Shown: one piece after another, positions 36,128 through 45,983 of the stretch
Position numbering within the stretch: position 1 is the first letter of the stretch
How the letters are laid out: each line of letters opens with the position of its first letter
Assembly: GCA_900544755.1 (NCBI GenBank)
Contig: UQWQ01000001.1
Span: 1 to 58,961 of the forward strand
Reading direction: 5' to 3'
Length of the DNA: 58,961 nt
DNA from: an uncultured Collinsella sp.
GTDB taxonomy: Bacteria > Actinomycetota > Coriobacteriia > Coriobacteriales > Coriobacteriaceae
Translations under genes and position numbers: made by a program
Notes under the pieces: generated by a model
What the model was told of the DNA's origin: nothing
What the model saw: only the letters and a program-made list of their open reading frames with translations
Databases searched by the model: none

Positions 36128-38794
36128 ATGACACCTCTCGCAAAACGTCTCCCGCGCGAGCTGCGCCGCAATATCGGCAAGTACCTGGGCATCTTTTTGC
36201 TTATGTGCGGAAGCATCGCCCTTACCTCGGGCTTTTTGCTCGCGGCGCATTCCATCGGCTGCCTCATTGATGACATGCGCGAAGACTACACGATCGAGGA
36301 CGGCCGCGTGACCACCTCCTTCGAGGCTACCAAAGACCAGCTCAAGGCCGCCGAGGATGCAGCCGGCGACGTCGGCGGCGTTACGTTCTACAAGAACTTC
36401 TCTATCGACGCCATCATCAAAAAGGCGGCCGGCGACGACGGCACCAAGCGCACCCTGCGCACCTATGCGCATCGCACCAAGGTCGACATTGCGTCCTACT
36501 GCGAAGGCAGCCAGCCCAAAGCGGACGACGAGGTGGCCATCGACCGCGTCTTTGCTACCAACAACGACCTCGTCGTGGGTGATAAGGTCGAGCTCGAGGG
36601 GCGCACCTACACCATCTGCGGCATCATGACGCAGCCCGATAGCCAGGCGCTGTTCCTCAACAATTCGGATTTTACGGTGAACACCATTACCTATGGCGTC
36701 GCCGAGGTCAGCGATGCCGGTTTCGCCGCGCTTGAGGATGCCGGCGGCGCGCCCGCCTACACGTACTCCTTTACCTTTAACGACCGCGACCTCTCAACCG
36801 CCGAGCGCACCGATGCCGAGCAGGATATGGTCGAGGCACTGGTGGATGCCGATGCGCTCGTCGACGATCTTATCGATGCCGATTCCAACCAGGGCATTGG
36901 CTATGCGCGCGATGACGTGGACGGGGATTCCATGATGTGGATGACGCTGCTCAATATTATCATCGTGATCATGGCGTTCGTCTTTGTGGTCCTTACCGAC
37001 GCCACCATCGAGGAGGAGAGCGCCATCATCGGCACGCTGCTCGCCAGCGGCTATCGCCGTCGCGAGATCGTGCTGCACTACCTTGCGCTTCCCGCCATCG
37101 TGGGCGTGCTCGCGGCACTTTTGGGCACCGTGCTCGGCGTTGCGTTCTTTACCGAGCCCATGCGCGGTCTTTACTACGGCTCGTACAGTCTGCCGCTCTT
37201 CCAGGTGTACTGGAGCTGGGAAATCTTTGTGAAGTGCGCTGTGGTCCCCGCCGCCGCGCTCATCCTCATCACGCTGGTGGGTCTGCTCTGCAAAATGGGC
37301 AAGACGCCGCTGCAGTTCCTTCGTCACGAGGCGAGTGGCAAGTCGGGTACCAAGCGCGGTCTGCAGCTGCCGGAACGCATGGGCTTTGTCTCCCGCTTCC
37401 GCCTGCGCGTCTTCCTGCGCAACCTGGGCAACTTCGCCACGCTCTTCGTGGGCATCGCGTTTGGGTCGCTGCTTTTGCTCTTTGGCCTGGCGATCCTGCC
37501 CACGATGACGCACTATGCGGACAACCTCGAGACGAGCCTGGTCGCCGAGCATCAGTACACACTCAAGGCGCCGCTGGAGCTCGAGGGCACTACCGAGGAG
37601 CGCGAGCAGTGGTCGGCACTCGAGCGCTTGCAGTCGGTTGACGGCGCGCTGCTTTCTGCCGCCCAGGATGCCGATGACGAGCTTGACGGCGCGGCCGATG
37701 CGGCGCAGACGGCAGCCGATGCCGCGACCGCATCTCCGTCTGCCGAGAGCCTGACCGCAGCGCAGGATGCGCTTGCCAAGGTCCAGGACAAGAAGGATGC
37801 GCTCTACGCGCGCCTTGACGATCTTGCCGATGCCCTTGGCTGCGACCGCGACGAGGCTATCGACCTGATCGACAAGGCCTCTAAGATCGACACTGACAAC
37901 GACGATATCCACCCGGTCAATACGACCGACAACGGCGCGGGCGCAATCGCGCAGGCCGAGAAATATGCCGTTTACCAGCTGCAGTACGACCGTGGCGACG
38001 GTAATGGCGAGGAGACGATTTCTGTCTACGGCATCTCGTCCGATTCGCGCTACTGGAAGGGCCTCAACATCGGCGATGGCCGCGTCGTCTTTGGCGGCGG
38101 TCTGCTCGATAAGTTTGGCTGGAGCGAGGGCCAGAAGGTCACGCTCAGCGACAAGTACGAGGGCGAGCATTATTCCTTTGAGTACGCGGGCAAGGACTGT
38201 GCCTGGGGCTCCAAGTCGGACATGAACATCTATATGAGCATCGATGACTTTAACGAGCTGTTCGACAACGATGCCGCCTACTTTAACGGCTATGTGAGCA
38301 ACGAGAAGCTCGACCTCGACGCGCGCTACTTTGCCGGCGACACCACGCCCGACGACATGCGCGCCGTGGGTGACCAGTTCATCGGCATGATGAGCAAAAT
38401 GATCGGAATGATGATCGGGCTCGCGGTGTTTATCTTCCTGCTGTTTATGTACCTGCTGACCAAAGCGGTGATCGACCACAGCGCCCGTTCGATCAGCTAC
38501 ATGAAAGTCTTTGGCTATCGCGATAGTGAGATCTCGCATCTGTACATCCGCTCGATCACGCTGTGCGTGGCGGCGTCGCTCGTGCTGAGCCTGCCGGTCA
38601 TTATTGGCTCGCTCACGGCCATCTTCCGCTCGATGCTGCTCGCCTACAACGGCAATATCGAGATCTACGTGCCCGCTTGGTCCATGGCTGCATGCGTCGG
38701 CATTGGCTTTGCGACCTACCTGGTCGTGGCGCTGCTACACACGCGCTCTATCAAGCGCGTCAGCCTGGCCGAAGCCCTCAAGGTGCAGGAGTAG
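36128..38794 (+). CDS. FtsX/MacB-type ABC permease (duplicated halves)
   Basis: Two FtsX-like halves (IGTLLASGY; ISYMKVFGY) with large extracellular domains. Confidence 0.88.
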   Translation: MTPLAKRLPRELRRNIGKYLGIFLLMCGSIALTSGFLLAAHSIGCLIDDMREDYTIEDGRVTTSFEATKDQLKAAEDAAGDVGGVTFYKNFSIDAIIKKAAGDDGTKRTLRTYAHRTKVDIASYCEGSQPKADDEVAIDRVFATNNDLVVGDKVELEGRTYTICGIMTQPDSQALFLNNSDFTVNTITYGVAEVSDAGFAALEDAGGAPAYTYSFTFNDRDLSTAERTDAEQDMVEALVDADALVDDLIDADSNQGIGYARDDVDGDSMMWMTLLNIIIVIMAFVFVVLTDATIEEESAIIGTLLASGYRRREIVLHYLALPAIVGVLAALLGTVLGVAFFTEPMRGLYYGSYSLPLFQVYWSWEIFVKCAVVPAAALILITLVGLLCKMGKTPLQFLRHEASGKSGTKRGLQLPERMGFVSRFRLRVFLRNLGNFATLFVGIAFGSLLLLFGLAILPTMTHYADNLETSLVAEHQYTLKAPLELEGTTEEREQWSALERLQSVDGALLSAAQDADDELDGAADAAQTAADAATASPSAESLTAAQDALAKVQDKKDALYARLDDLADALGCDRDEAIDLIDKASKIDTDNDDIHPVNTTDNGAGAIAQAEKYAVYQLQYDRGDGNGEETISVYGISSDSRYWKGLNIGDGRVVFGGGLLDKFGWSEGQKVTLSDKYEGEHYSFEYAGKDCAWGSKSDMNIYMSIDDFNELFDNDAAYFNGYVSNEKLDLDARYFAGDTTPDDMRAVGDQFIGMMSKMIGMMIGLAVFIFLLFMYLLTKAVIDHSARSISYMKVFGYRDSEISHLYIRSITLCVAASLVLSLPVIIGSLTAIFRSMLLAYNGNIEIYVPAWSMAACVGIGFATYLVVALLHTRSIKRVSLAEALKVQE

Positions 38795-38902
38795 TCATTG
38801 GGGACGTTCTTAAACGACTAGTCGTTGGGGACAGTCTTTGCCGGATCGCCGGCTCGCCGGCCGGGCGGCAAGCACTCATTTAAGTCTGTCCCCAATGAGT
38901 GC
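38792..38902. repeat. Composite REP-like cluster, direct repeat of 35152-35224
   Basis: First 73 bp match 35152-35224 at 67/73 by hand alignment; ends TCATTTAAGTCTGTCCCCAATGA. Confidence 0.85.
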
Positions 38903-38995
38903 CTAACGACTCGGCGTTGCGCTTGACTTCGACCCTACTTCAACGGGTACCATCCTCTATGTCTGTAACACCATATAGACCGAGGGGATATAACT

Positions 38996-40201
38996 ATGAC
39001 CGCAACTGCACCCACAGCACCCGCTAAGGTGTACTTTACCAACCTGCGCACGCATGCTCGCGAGAGCCAGCTCGACAAACTCAAGCGCCTCATTCGCCGC
39101 GCCGGCATTGAGCAGATCGACTTCGAGAACAAGTTTGTCGCCATCAAGATTCACTTTGGCGAGCTGGGCAACCTGAGCTTTTTGCGCCCCAACTACGCCC
39201 GCGCCGTCGCAGACGTCGTGAAGGAGCTGGGCGGCAAGCCCTTCCTCACCGACTGCAACACGCTCTATGTGGGCAGCCGCAAAAACGCGCTCGAGCACAT
39301 CGATACCGCCTACCAGAACGGCTTTACCCCGTATGCCACGGGCTGCCAGATCATCATCGCCGACGGCCTCAAGGGTACCGACGAGGCGCTCGTCCCGGTC
39401 GAGGGCGGTGAGTACGTGCGCGAGGCAAAGATCGGTCAGGCGCTCATGGACGCCGACATCGTGATTAGCCTCACCCACTTTAAGGGCCATGAGCAGGCCG
39501 GCTTTGGCGGCGCCATGAAGAACCTGGGCATGGGCGGCGGCAGTCGTGCTGGCAAGATGGAACAACATGCCGCCGGCAAGCCGAGCGTCGATACCACCAA
39601 CTGCGTAGGTTGCCGTGCCTGCGAAAAGATCTGTGCGCACAACGCCATCACGTTTGACGACACGCGCGAGCGCGAGCTTGCCAACGGCAGCACCCGCACG
39701 GTTCGCGTGGCTGCCATCGACCACGATCGCTGCGTGGGCTGCGGACGCTGCATTGCGGCGTGCAACCAGGACTGCATCAAGCCCGACTATGATGCCGCGG
39801 CCGACGTACTCAACTACAAGATCGCCGAGTACACCAAGGCCATCGTCGACGGCCGCCCGAGCTTCCACATCTCGCTCGCCATGGACATCAGCCCCAACTG
39901 CGACTGCCATCCCGAGAATGACACGCCCATCGTCAACGACATCGGCATGTTCGCGAGCTTCGACCCGGTCGCCATCGACCAGGCCTGCGCCGACGCCGTC
40001 CTGGCGTCCGAGCCGCTGCCTAACACCGAGCTTACCGACAGTGCGGCCAAGATGGAGCATAATCACGAGCGTCTGGAGGGCGAGCAGGCCAAGGATCCCT
40101 TCTGCATCACGCATCCCGACACCGACTGGCGCGCGTGCATCGCGCATGCCGAAAAGATCGGCCTGGGCACGAGCAAGTATGAGCTCATCGAGGTCAAGTA
40201 G
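38996..40201 (+). CDS. DUF362 family Fe-S protein with 2x[4Fe-4S] ferredoxin insert
   Basis: IKIHFGE.GN, TDCNTLY.GSR, HFKGH, CVGCRAC/CVGCGRC, SPNCDC, DPVAIDQAC. Confidence 0.88.
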   Translation: MTATAPTAPAKVYFTNLRTHARESQLDKLKRLIRRAGIEQIDFENKFVAIKIHFGELGNLSFLRPNYARAVADVVKELGGKPFLTDCNTLYVGSRKNALEHIDTAYQNGFTPYATGCQIIIADGLKGTDEALVPVEGGEYVREAKIGQALMDADIVISLTHFKGHEQAGFGGAMKNLGMGGGSRAGKMEQHAAGKPSVDTTNCVGCRACEKICAHNAITFDDTRERELANGSTRTVRVAAIDHDRCVGCGRCIAACNQDCIKPDYDAAADVLNYKIAEYTKAIVDGRPSFHISLAMDISPNCDCHPENDTPIVNDIGMFASFDPVAIDQACADAVLASEPLPNTELTDSAAKMEHNHERLEGEQAKDPFCITHPDTDWRACIAHAEKIGLGTSKYELIEVK

Positions 40202-40287
40202 CACCTGTCTATTGGACATATCAAGCGCTTTTGTAGCGCAACGTTAGCAAAAGCCGCCCGTGAGCACAGCGCTTGCGGGCGGCTTTC

Positions 40288-40411
40288 CGGAAGTATGCGG
40301 CAAATTTCGAGACCGCCGAGCACACGACATTTTTTGGCAACAAAACCCCTGATAAATTGTTGGTAAAACTGCGGTCTGGTCGGCAGTTCCAGATTTTGCC
40401 GCATACTTCCG
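40288..40411. repeat. Long-spaced inverted repeat (perfect 17-bp arms)
   Basis: CGGAAGTATGCGGCAAA (40288-40304) and TTTGCCGCATACTTCCG (40395-40411) between convergent genes. Confidence 0.75.
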
Positions 40412-40452
40412 AAAATAGGGGGTTAGATAAATCTCCAGACGCCGCTTTTTCC

Positions 40453-41418
40453 CTAAAAATTCCTATCGAGGAAGTCGTCGACCGTATTCCAGTAGAGCTC
40501 GGGGTCAACTTGCGCGCTCTTGGCGTGGGTGGCGCCATGGATGGTGAGCTTTTGCTTGACCTTGCTGGCGCACGCGTCGTAGTTTTGGTCGAGCATGCTG
40601 TACGGCACAAAGGTGTCCTGGTCGCCGTGGATAAACAGCATGGGAACCGTCGCGTGTTTGAGTTGCTCCACACTGCTTGCCTTATGGAAGTCGTAGCCCG
40701 CGCGCACGTTGCACACCAAGTTTGCTACATCGAGCAAGGGAAAGCTGGGCAGCCCGAACACGTCCTTGAGCTGCAGAGAAAACTCGTCCCAAACACTCGT
40801 ATAACCGCAGTCCTCGATGATGCATTTCACGTTGGACGGCAAAGATTCCCCCGCGACGTTCATGGCGGTTGCCGCACCCATCGACTCGCCAAAGACCAGG
40901 ATGCGCGCCTTGGGATCGGCCGCAACGATCCGCCCGATCCACGCGACGACATCGAGTCGCTCGGGCCAGCCCATGCCGATGTAGTCACCGCCGGAACGCT
41001 CGTGGGCGCGGGCGGCAGGTGCGAGCACGTTCATGCCGCGGTCGTGGAATCGCTTGACGTATCGGGCCATACCGATGGGCTCATCGGTGTATCCGTGTAG
41101 GCAGATAGCGTAATTGTGCGTGCTCTCTGGGGCGACAAAATACCAAGCGGCGAGCTCGGTTCCGTCATCTGCGGTGAGGCTGCTGCTCTCGCGGTTCTCT
41201 TTAAACCATGCCCGCGCCTCGGTTCCCTCGGCATCCATCTGTTCACCCTTTTCGGCGTCCTTGCCGTCCTGCATCATCTTCATGGTGTAGGGGGCGCGAG
41301 GGTTCAGGGCAAAGTCGAACAAGAAGTTGCCGGCAAACCCCAGCAGCGCTACAACGAGCACCAGCGCAACGATGCCGGCTATCTTGAGCTTTCGATGGGA
41401 GCGTGCGTTTTGAGACAT
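40453..41418 (-). CDS. Membrane-anchored alpha/beta hydrolase (YqkD-like)
   Basis: N-terminal TM, LHGY, GESMG nucleophile elbow, IHGDQDTFVP, GATH. Confidence 0.9.
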   Translation of the reverse strand: MSQNARSHRKLKIAGIVALVLVVALLGFAGNFLFDFALNPRAPYTMKMMQDGKDAEKGEQMDAEGTEARAWFKENRESSSLTADDGTELAAWYFVAPESTHNYAICLHGYTDEPIGMARYVKRFHDRGMNVLAPAARAHERSGGDYIGMGWPERLDVVAWIGRIVAADPKARILVFGESMGAATAMNVAGESLPSNVKCIIEDCGYTSVWDEFSLQLKDVFGLPSFPLLDVANLVCNVRAGYDFHKASSVEQLKHATVPMLFIHGDQDTFVPYSMLDQNYDACASKVKQKLTIHGATHAKSAQVDPELYWNTVDDFLDRNF

Positions 41419-41604
41419 AAGAAGCTTTCCTATAAGATGTTAATACATCAACATTTAATGCAAGCGCATTATGGACGTTCGCCGTTGATGCGTCAACAGG
41501 CAAAGAATGGGTAAACAAAGGGTCACGTATGGTGCAAAGTTCGCACGTACCCAGACGCTTTGATATAGTGTTGAGAACTCTTTACATTGGAGGATGTAAC
41601 CGGC

Positions 41605-42288
41605 ATGTCCGATTCGAGCGACAGTTCCAAGCCGCGACCCAAGATCGCGGCCGTTCCGCACTACACGGTGGGCGAGGAGATCATGAACTCCGTCACCCAT
41701 GGTGTCGGCTGCTTGCTGGGTATCGCGGGTTTGGTGCTCCTGATCGTATTCGCTGCACTGCGCGGCGGTGGCCCGGCCCACATGGCCGCGGCAATTGTCT
41801 ATGGCGTCAGCATCATCCTCGAGTACCTAGCCTCCACGCTCTACCATGCGATTCAACCCGCGCGCGCCAAGCGCGTGTTCCGCATCATCGACCACAGCTG
41901 CATCTACCTGCTCATAGCCGGCAGCTATACGCCGTTTTGCCTCATCACGCTCGCAAACGACGGCGGCCCTGCGCTGTTCTTTGCCGTATGGGCCATCGCC
42001 ATTATCGGCATCGCCCTCGAGTGCTTTATGCGCGAGCGTCAACCGCACTGGGTAAGCGGCCTAGTCTACCTGCTGATGGGCTGGCTCGTCGTCTTTAAGC
42101 TGCCCGAGCTCGTGTCGCTGCTCAACCCCGTGGCGCTTGCCCTGCTCGCTGTCGGCGGCGTGTGCTACACCGTGGGCGTGCCGTTCTACATCGCCAAAAA
42201 CGTGCGCTATCTGCACAGTGTTTTCCACTTGTGGGTGCTCGCCGGCAGCATCTTCCAGTTCATGGCGGTGATTCTCTTCGTAATCTAG
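41605..42288 (+). CDS. Hemolysin III / PAQR family membrane protein
   Basis: EEIMNSVTHG, STLYH, DHSCIYLLIAGSYTPF, HSVFHLWV. Confidence 0.92.
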   Translation: MSDSSDSSKPRPKIAAVPHYTVGEEIMNSVTHGVGCLLGIAGLVLLIVFAALRGGGPAHMAAAIVYGVSIILEYLASTLYHAIQPARAKRVFRIIDHSCIYLLIAGSYTPFCLITLANDGGPALFFAVWAIAIIGIALECFMRERQPHWVSGLVYLLMGWLVVFKLPELVSLLNPVALALLAVGGVCYTVGVPFYIAKNVRYLHSVFHLWVLAGSIFQFMAVILFVI

Positions 42289-42398
42289 CGACCACGCCTG
42301 CTCGCCCGCGTCCCCGTTTGGGCGACAGTGCAATTGCCGTATCCGCCACCAACGTTTTACCCTGACGTCCCGAATCTTGGAGGTTCGAGAAACTCCCG

Positions 42399-43772
42399 AT
42401 GGACATAACCATCTCCCTTATCACTACCCTCGTTTTGACCCTCATCAACGGCTACTTCTCTATGTCCGAGATGGCGCTCACCACGGCAAAGCGCGCTGTG
42501 CTGGAGCACGAGGCCGAGGAAGGCGACAAACGCGCCGAGCGCGCCATTAAGCTGGCCGCCGATTCCGACCAGCTGCTCGCCACCATCCAGGTCGCCATCA
42601 CGCTCGTGGGCTTTGCCTCGTCCGCCGTCGCCTCGACGAGCCTGTCCGACCCGCTTGCCACGTGGCTCATGAGCTTTGGCATCGCGCCGCTTTCCGCCAT
42701 CGCGCGCGGCCTGGCGCCGGTCATCATCACTGTCGCCGTCGCCTTCGTGTCCATCGTGATTGGCGAGCTCGTGCCCAAGCGCATCGGCCTCGCTAACGCC
42801 GAGGGCGTATCCAAGCAGGTCGTGGGACCGCTCTCCGTGTTCCAAAAGATCGCCCGCCCGCTCGTGTGGCTGACCGGTGCTTGCTCCGACGGCCTGGCTC
42901 GCATCCTGCGCATCAAGAGCGCCGATGACCGCCAGAACGTCTCGGAGGAAGAGATCAAGTACATGGTCTCGGAGCAGGACGACCTGCTCGACGAGGAAAA
43001 GCGCATGATTCACGAGATCTTTGACCTGGGCGACACCGTGGCTCGCGAGGTCATGGTGCCGCGCGTGGACACCACCATGTGCGAGGACGACGAGACGGTC
43101 GCCGACGTGTTGTCCACCATGCGCCAGACCGGCTTTAGTCGCATCCCCGTCTATCATGAGGATCCCGACAACGTCGCGGGCATCGCGCACATTAAGGACC
43201 TGATTCAGCCCGCGCTCGACGGCAAGGGCGACCAGCCCATCGCCGGCTTTTTGCGCGATGCCGCCTTTGTGCCCGATACCAAGGACATCCTGCCGCTGCT
43301 GTCCGAGATGCAGACCTCGCACGACCAGATCGTGGTCGTCGTGGACGAGTACGGCGGCACGGCCGGCATCATCACCATCGAGGACATCGTCGAGGAGATC
43401 GTCGGCGAGATCGAGGACGAGTTCGACCCCGACAACAAGTACCTCACGCGCCTCTCGCGCCGTGAGTGGCTCGTTGATGGGCGTTTTTCGTGCGATGACG
43501 CGATTGAGCTTGGTTGGCCGCTCGAGGAAAGCGATGATTATGAGACCATCGCCGGCTGGATTTTGGAGCTTTGCGACTCGGTGCCCGACATCGGAGAGGT
43601 GTTTGAGGTCGCGGGGTACAAGTTCAAGGTACAGTCGATGCGTGGCCAGCGCATCTCGCTCATTCGCGTGATCGCTCCGGCCGAAACCGATAAGAAGGAT
43701 TCCGAGTCCTCGGCAGAGAAGCCGGCGGCGTCGGGTGCGGGCTCTGCGGATCCGCACGATGGCGACGAGTAG
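42399..43772 (+). CDS. CNNM/CorB-TlyC family membrane protein (DUF21 + CBS + CorC)
   Basis: FSMSEMA, GELVPK, REVMVPR, FSRIPV, VVDEYGGTAG..TIEDIVEEIVGEI.DE. Confidence 0.92.
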   Translation: MDITISLITTLVLTLINGYFSMSEMALTTAKRAVLEHEAEEGDKRAERAIKLAADSDQLLATIQVAITLVGFASSAVASTSLSDPLATWLMSFGIAPLSAIARGLAPVIITVAVAFVSIVIGELVPKRIGLANAEGVSKQVVGPLSVFQKIARPLVWLTGACSDGLARILRIKSADDRQNVSEEEIKYMVSEQDDLLDEEKRMIHEIFDLGDTVAREVMVPRVDTTMCEDDETVADVLSTMRQTGFSRIPVYHEDPDNVAGIAHIKDLIQPALDGKGDQPIAGFLRDAAFVPDTKDILPLLSEMQTSHDQIVVVVDEYGGTAGIITIEDIVEEIVGEIEDEFDPDNKYLTRLSRREWLVDGRFSCDDAIELGWPLEESDDYETIAGWILELCDSVPDIGEVFEVAGYKFKVQSMRGQRISLIRVIAPAETDKKDSESSAEKPAASGAGSADPHDGDE

Positions 43773-43796
43773 GGCAAGGACGAGTAGGGGAGAGTT

Positions 43797-44630
43797 ATGG
43801 CAGGCCTGTTCAACATCCTTAAGGTCACCGTCAGCGAGGACAAGATTTGCGCGCACGTGCTGGTGAACCCCGGCATGCCGCTCATGACCTCGGAGGATAT
43901 CGAGGCCACGGCGCGCGTGTACTACCTGGTGCCCGCGATTGCCAAGCACCTGTGTCTGGGTGATTCCGGTCGTGAGTTCCAGGACTGCATGGGCCAGACC
44001 GAGCTTTGCCACCTGCTGGAGCACGTGACGGTCGAGCTCATGAACGAGACCGGTCTTGCCGGCAGCATCTCGTGCGGTCGCACGCGCGTGAGCGAGCATG
44101 ACGAGCGTGTCTTTGAGGTCGAGCTTTCGTGCCCCGACGACGCGCTGGCTATCGGCGCGCTGTCGTCGGCGACCTTTATGATGGACTGGGCGTACCTGCA
44201 CGCCGACCAGCCGGCCCCCGACGTGGAAGGCACGGTCGCGGGCCTGCGCAACCTGGTGCTGGGCATGCGTGCCGAGGCCGAGGGCAAGGACCCGCACGAG
44301 GCCGTTGCCGCTGCGAACAGCGAGGACGCGGCCGAGGATGCGCCCGAGGGCGACGCTCCTGCCGACGCCGGCACTGAGCCCGTTGCCGAGGCGTCTGCTG
44401 AGCCCGTTCCCACGGAGCCCCAAGGCGTCCCGAGCTTTGACGACGAGCCGCAGATGCCAATCGATACCGAGGGCGCGGTCGTCGAGAACCACGAGGCCCC
44501 CGCGGCCGTCTTTGGCGGTGCGGCAACGGCTCCGTCCGGCTCGGCGCACGAGGGCAGCCTGCCGCTCGTCGATGGCGCCGGCGAAGACCCGGCTGCTACG
44601 GTGGCCATGCCGGCTGCGCCTCAGGAGTAG
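43797..44630 (+). CDS. Hypothetical protein with cyanophycin-synthetase N-terminal-like domain and acidic disordered tail
   Basis: HLC..G..F....TELCHLLEHVTVEL...GRT motif; A/E/P-rich C-terminus. Confidence 0.6.
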   Translation: MAGLFNILKVTVSEDKICAHVLVNPGMPLMTSEDIEATARVYYLVPAIAKHLCLGDSGREFQDCMGQTELCHLLEHVTVELMNETGLAGSISCGRTRVSEHDERVFEVELSCPDDALAIGALSSATFMMDWAYLHADQPAPDVEGTVAGLRNLVLGMRAEAEGKDPHEAVAAANSEDAAEDAPEGDAPADAGTEPVAEASAEPVPTEPQGVPSFDDEPQMPIDTEGAVVENHEAPAAVFGGAATAPSGSAHEGSLPLVDGAGEDPAATVAMPAAPQE

Positions 44631-44766
44631 GCTCACTCGCTTATCACCATCATGTACCTGTGCTTTTACCGTACGCAGATGAGCGCGACGGCAAGTGTTG
44701 CGCTGCGGGTATAATGGACAGCATTCAAACGGTGGGCATCGAGGTGCCCGCAGGAGAGGAATGATC

Positions 44767-45156
44767 ATGGGAAAGACTTTCAGCTTTGTCTCCGGTGCGC
44801 TCTTTGGTGCTGCCGCCGGCGCTATCATCGGCGTTGCTCTGGCCCCGCGCTCGGGTGCCGAGACCCGCGCCATGGCCGCCGATATCGCCAACGATGCCTG
44901 GGACAACATGCGTGACACCTACGAGCACAGTGCCGAGGAGGCTCGTGCCGCGGTCAACGACTTTGGTCCGATGGTCGACGCCAAGACCGATGACCTGCGC
45001 GCCAAGGTTGACCTGGCCCGCGAGCGCATGGACCAGCTTCGCGAGCAGCTCAACGACGCCATCTCGGGCGGCAACGTGACGCCCGCTGCCGACGTCGTGG
45101 TCGAGAACGTCGCCGAGGCCGACACCGAGGCCACGGAGCCCTCGACCGAGGCATAA
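44767..45156 (+). CDS. YtxH-domain protein
   Basis: FVSGALFGAAAGAIIGVALAPRSGAETR; AGGAGAGG RBS; TATAAT upstream. Confidence 0.85.
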   Translation: MGKTFSFVSGALFGAAAGAIIGVALAPRSGAETRAMAADIANDAWDNMRDTYEHSAEEARAAVNDFGPMVDAKTDDLRAKVDLARERMDQLREQLNDAISGGNVTPAADVVVENVAEADTEATEPSTEA

Positions 45157-45911
45157 TGCGCGCAGGGGATTTTGTCGGCGTCAAGGTTTACCGCAAACCC
45201 GCCGAAGACAAGCGCACCAAAAAGGACGGCACGCCGCGCAGCCCTAAAAAGCTCGGCAAGATTCACTTTCCCGTCTTTACCCCGGGCGGCACGCGCGTGG
45301 TGGGCTTTATGGTCCGCCAGTCCGATATCGCGGGTATGATCGAGCGTCCCGACCGCTTTGTGGCGCTCGATGCCATCGGCGTCTATGAGGGTGCTGTCGC
45401 GGTCGACGACGTCAAGGGCACCTACGATGCCGCCGCGGCCAAGCGCCTCGATATCAACCTGGACGATTGCATCATCTGGGTCGGCATGGACGTGCGCACG
45501 GAATCGGGCGATGTCGTGGGCTACTGCTCGGACGTTGAGTTCAAGCCGCGCTCGGGTATTGTGCAGATGTTCTACGTGACCGCCGGTGCCGCTTCGAGCG
45601 TGCTGGTGGGCGACACGCAGGTGCCGCCGACGATGCTGCGCGGCTACGAGAACGGCGCGATGATTGTCTCGGACGAGGTCAAGGCGCTCGGGTATTCGGG
45701 CGGCGCGGCCGCCAAGGCTGCCGAGGCCAGTGTCGTGGTAGGCGATAAGGTCAAGAAGGGCGCCAAGGTGCTCGATGACAAGGGATCGGTCGCCGTGGAC
45801 AAGGGCAGTCGTGCACTGGGCAAGCAGCTCGGCAAGACGCGCGGTATGTTCAAGGCCTTTAAGGACGAATATCAAAAGGCGAGCGGGGGCTCGTCAAAAG
45901 CTAGCAAATAG
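45156..45911 (+). CDS. PRC-barrel domain protein
   Basis: VGMDVRTESGDVVGYCSDVEF; TAATG-coupled to the upstream gene. Confidence 0.7.
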   Translation: MRAGDFVGVKVYRKPAEDKRTKKDGTPRSPKKLGKIHFPVFTPGGTRVVGFMVRQSDIAGMIERPDRFVALDAIGVYEGAVAVDDVKGTYDAAAAKRLDINLDDCIIWVGMDVRTESGDVVGYCSDVEFKPRSGIVQMFYVTAGAASSVLVGDTQVPPTMLRGYENGAMIVSDEVKALGYSGGAAAKAAEASVVVGDKVKKGAKVLDDKGSVAVDKGSRALGKQLGKTRGMFKAFKDEYQKASGGSSKASK

Positions 45912-45983
45912 CGACGTACCAAATGATGGGAGGCGAGCCGGAGACATGTTGCTCCGGCTCGCTGTGTTTATGGGGGAGGGCAC

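Noticed and set aside
41605..43772. Haemolysin virulence locus
   Set aside because: HlyIII/PAQR and CNNM/CorC families are widespread membrane and Mg homeostasis proteins; nothing here supports a toxin role
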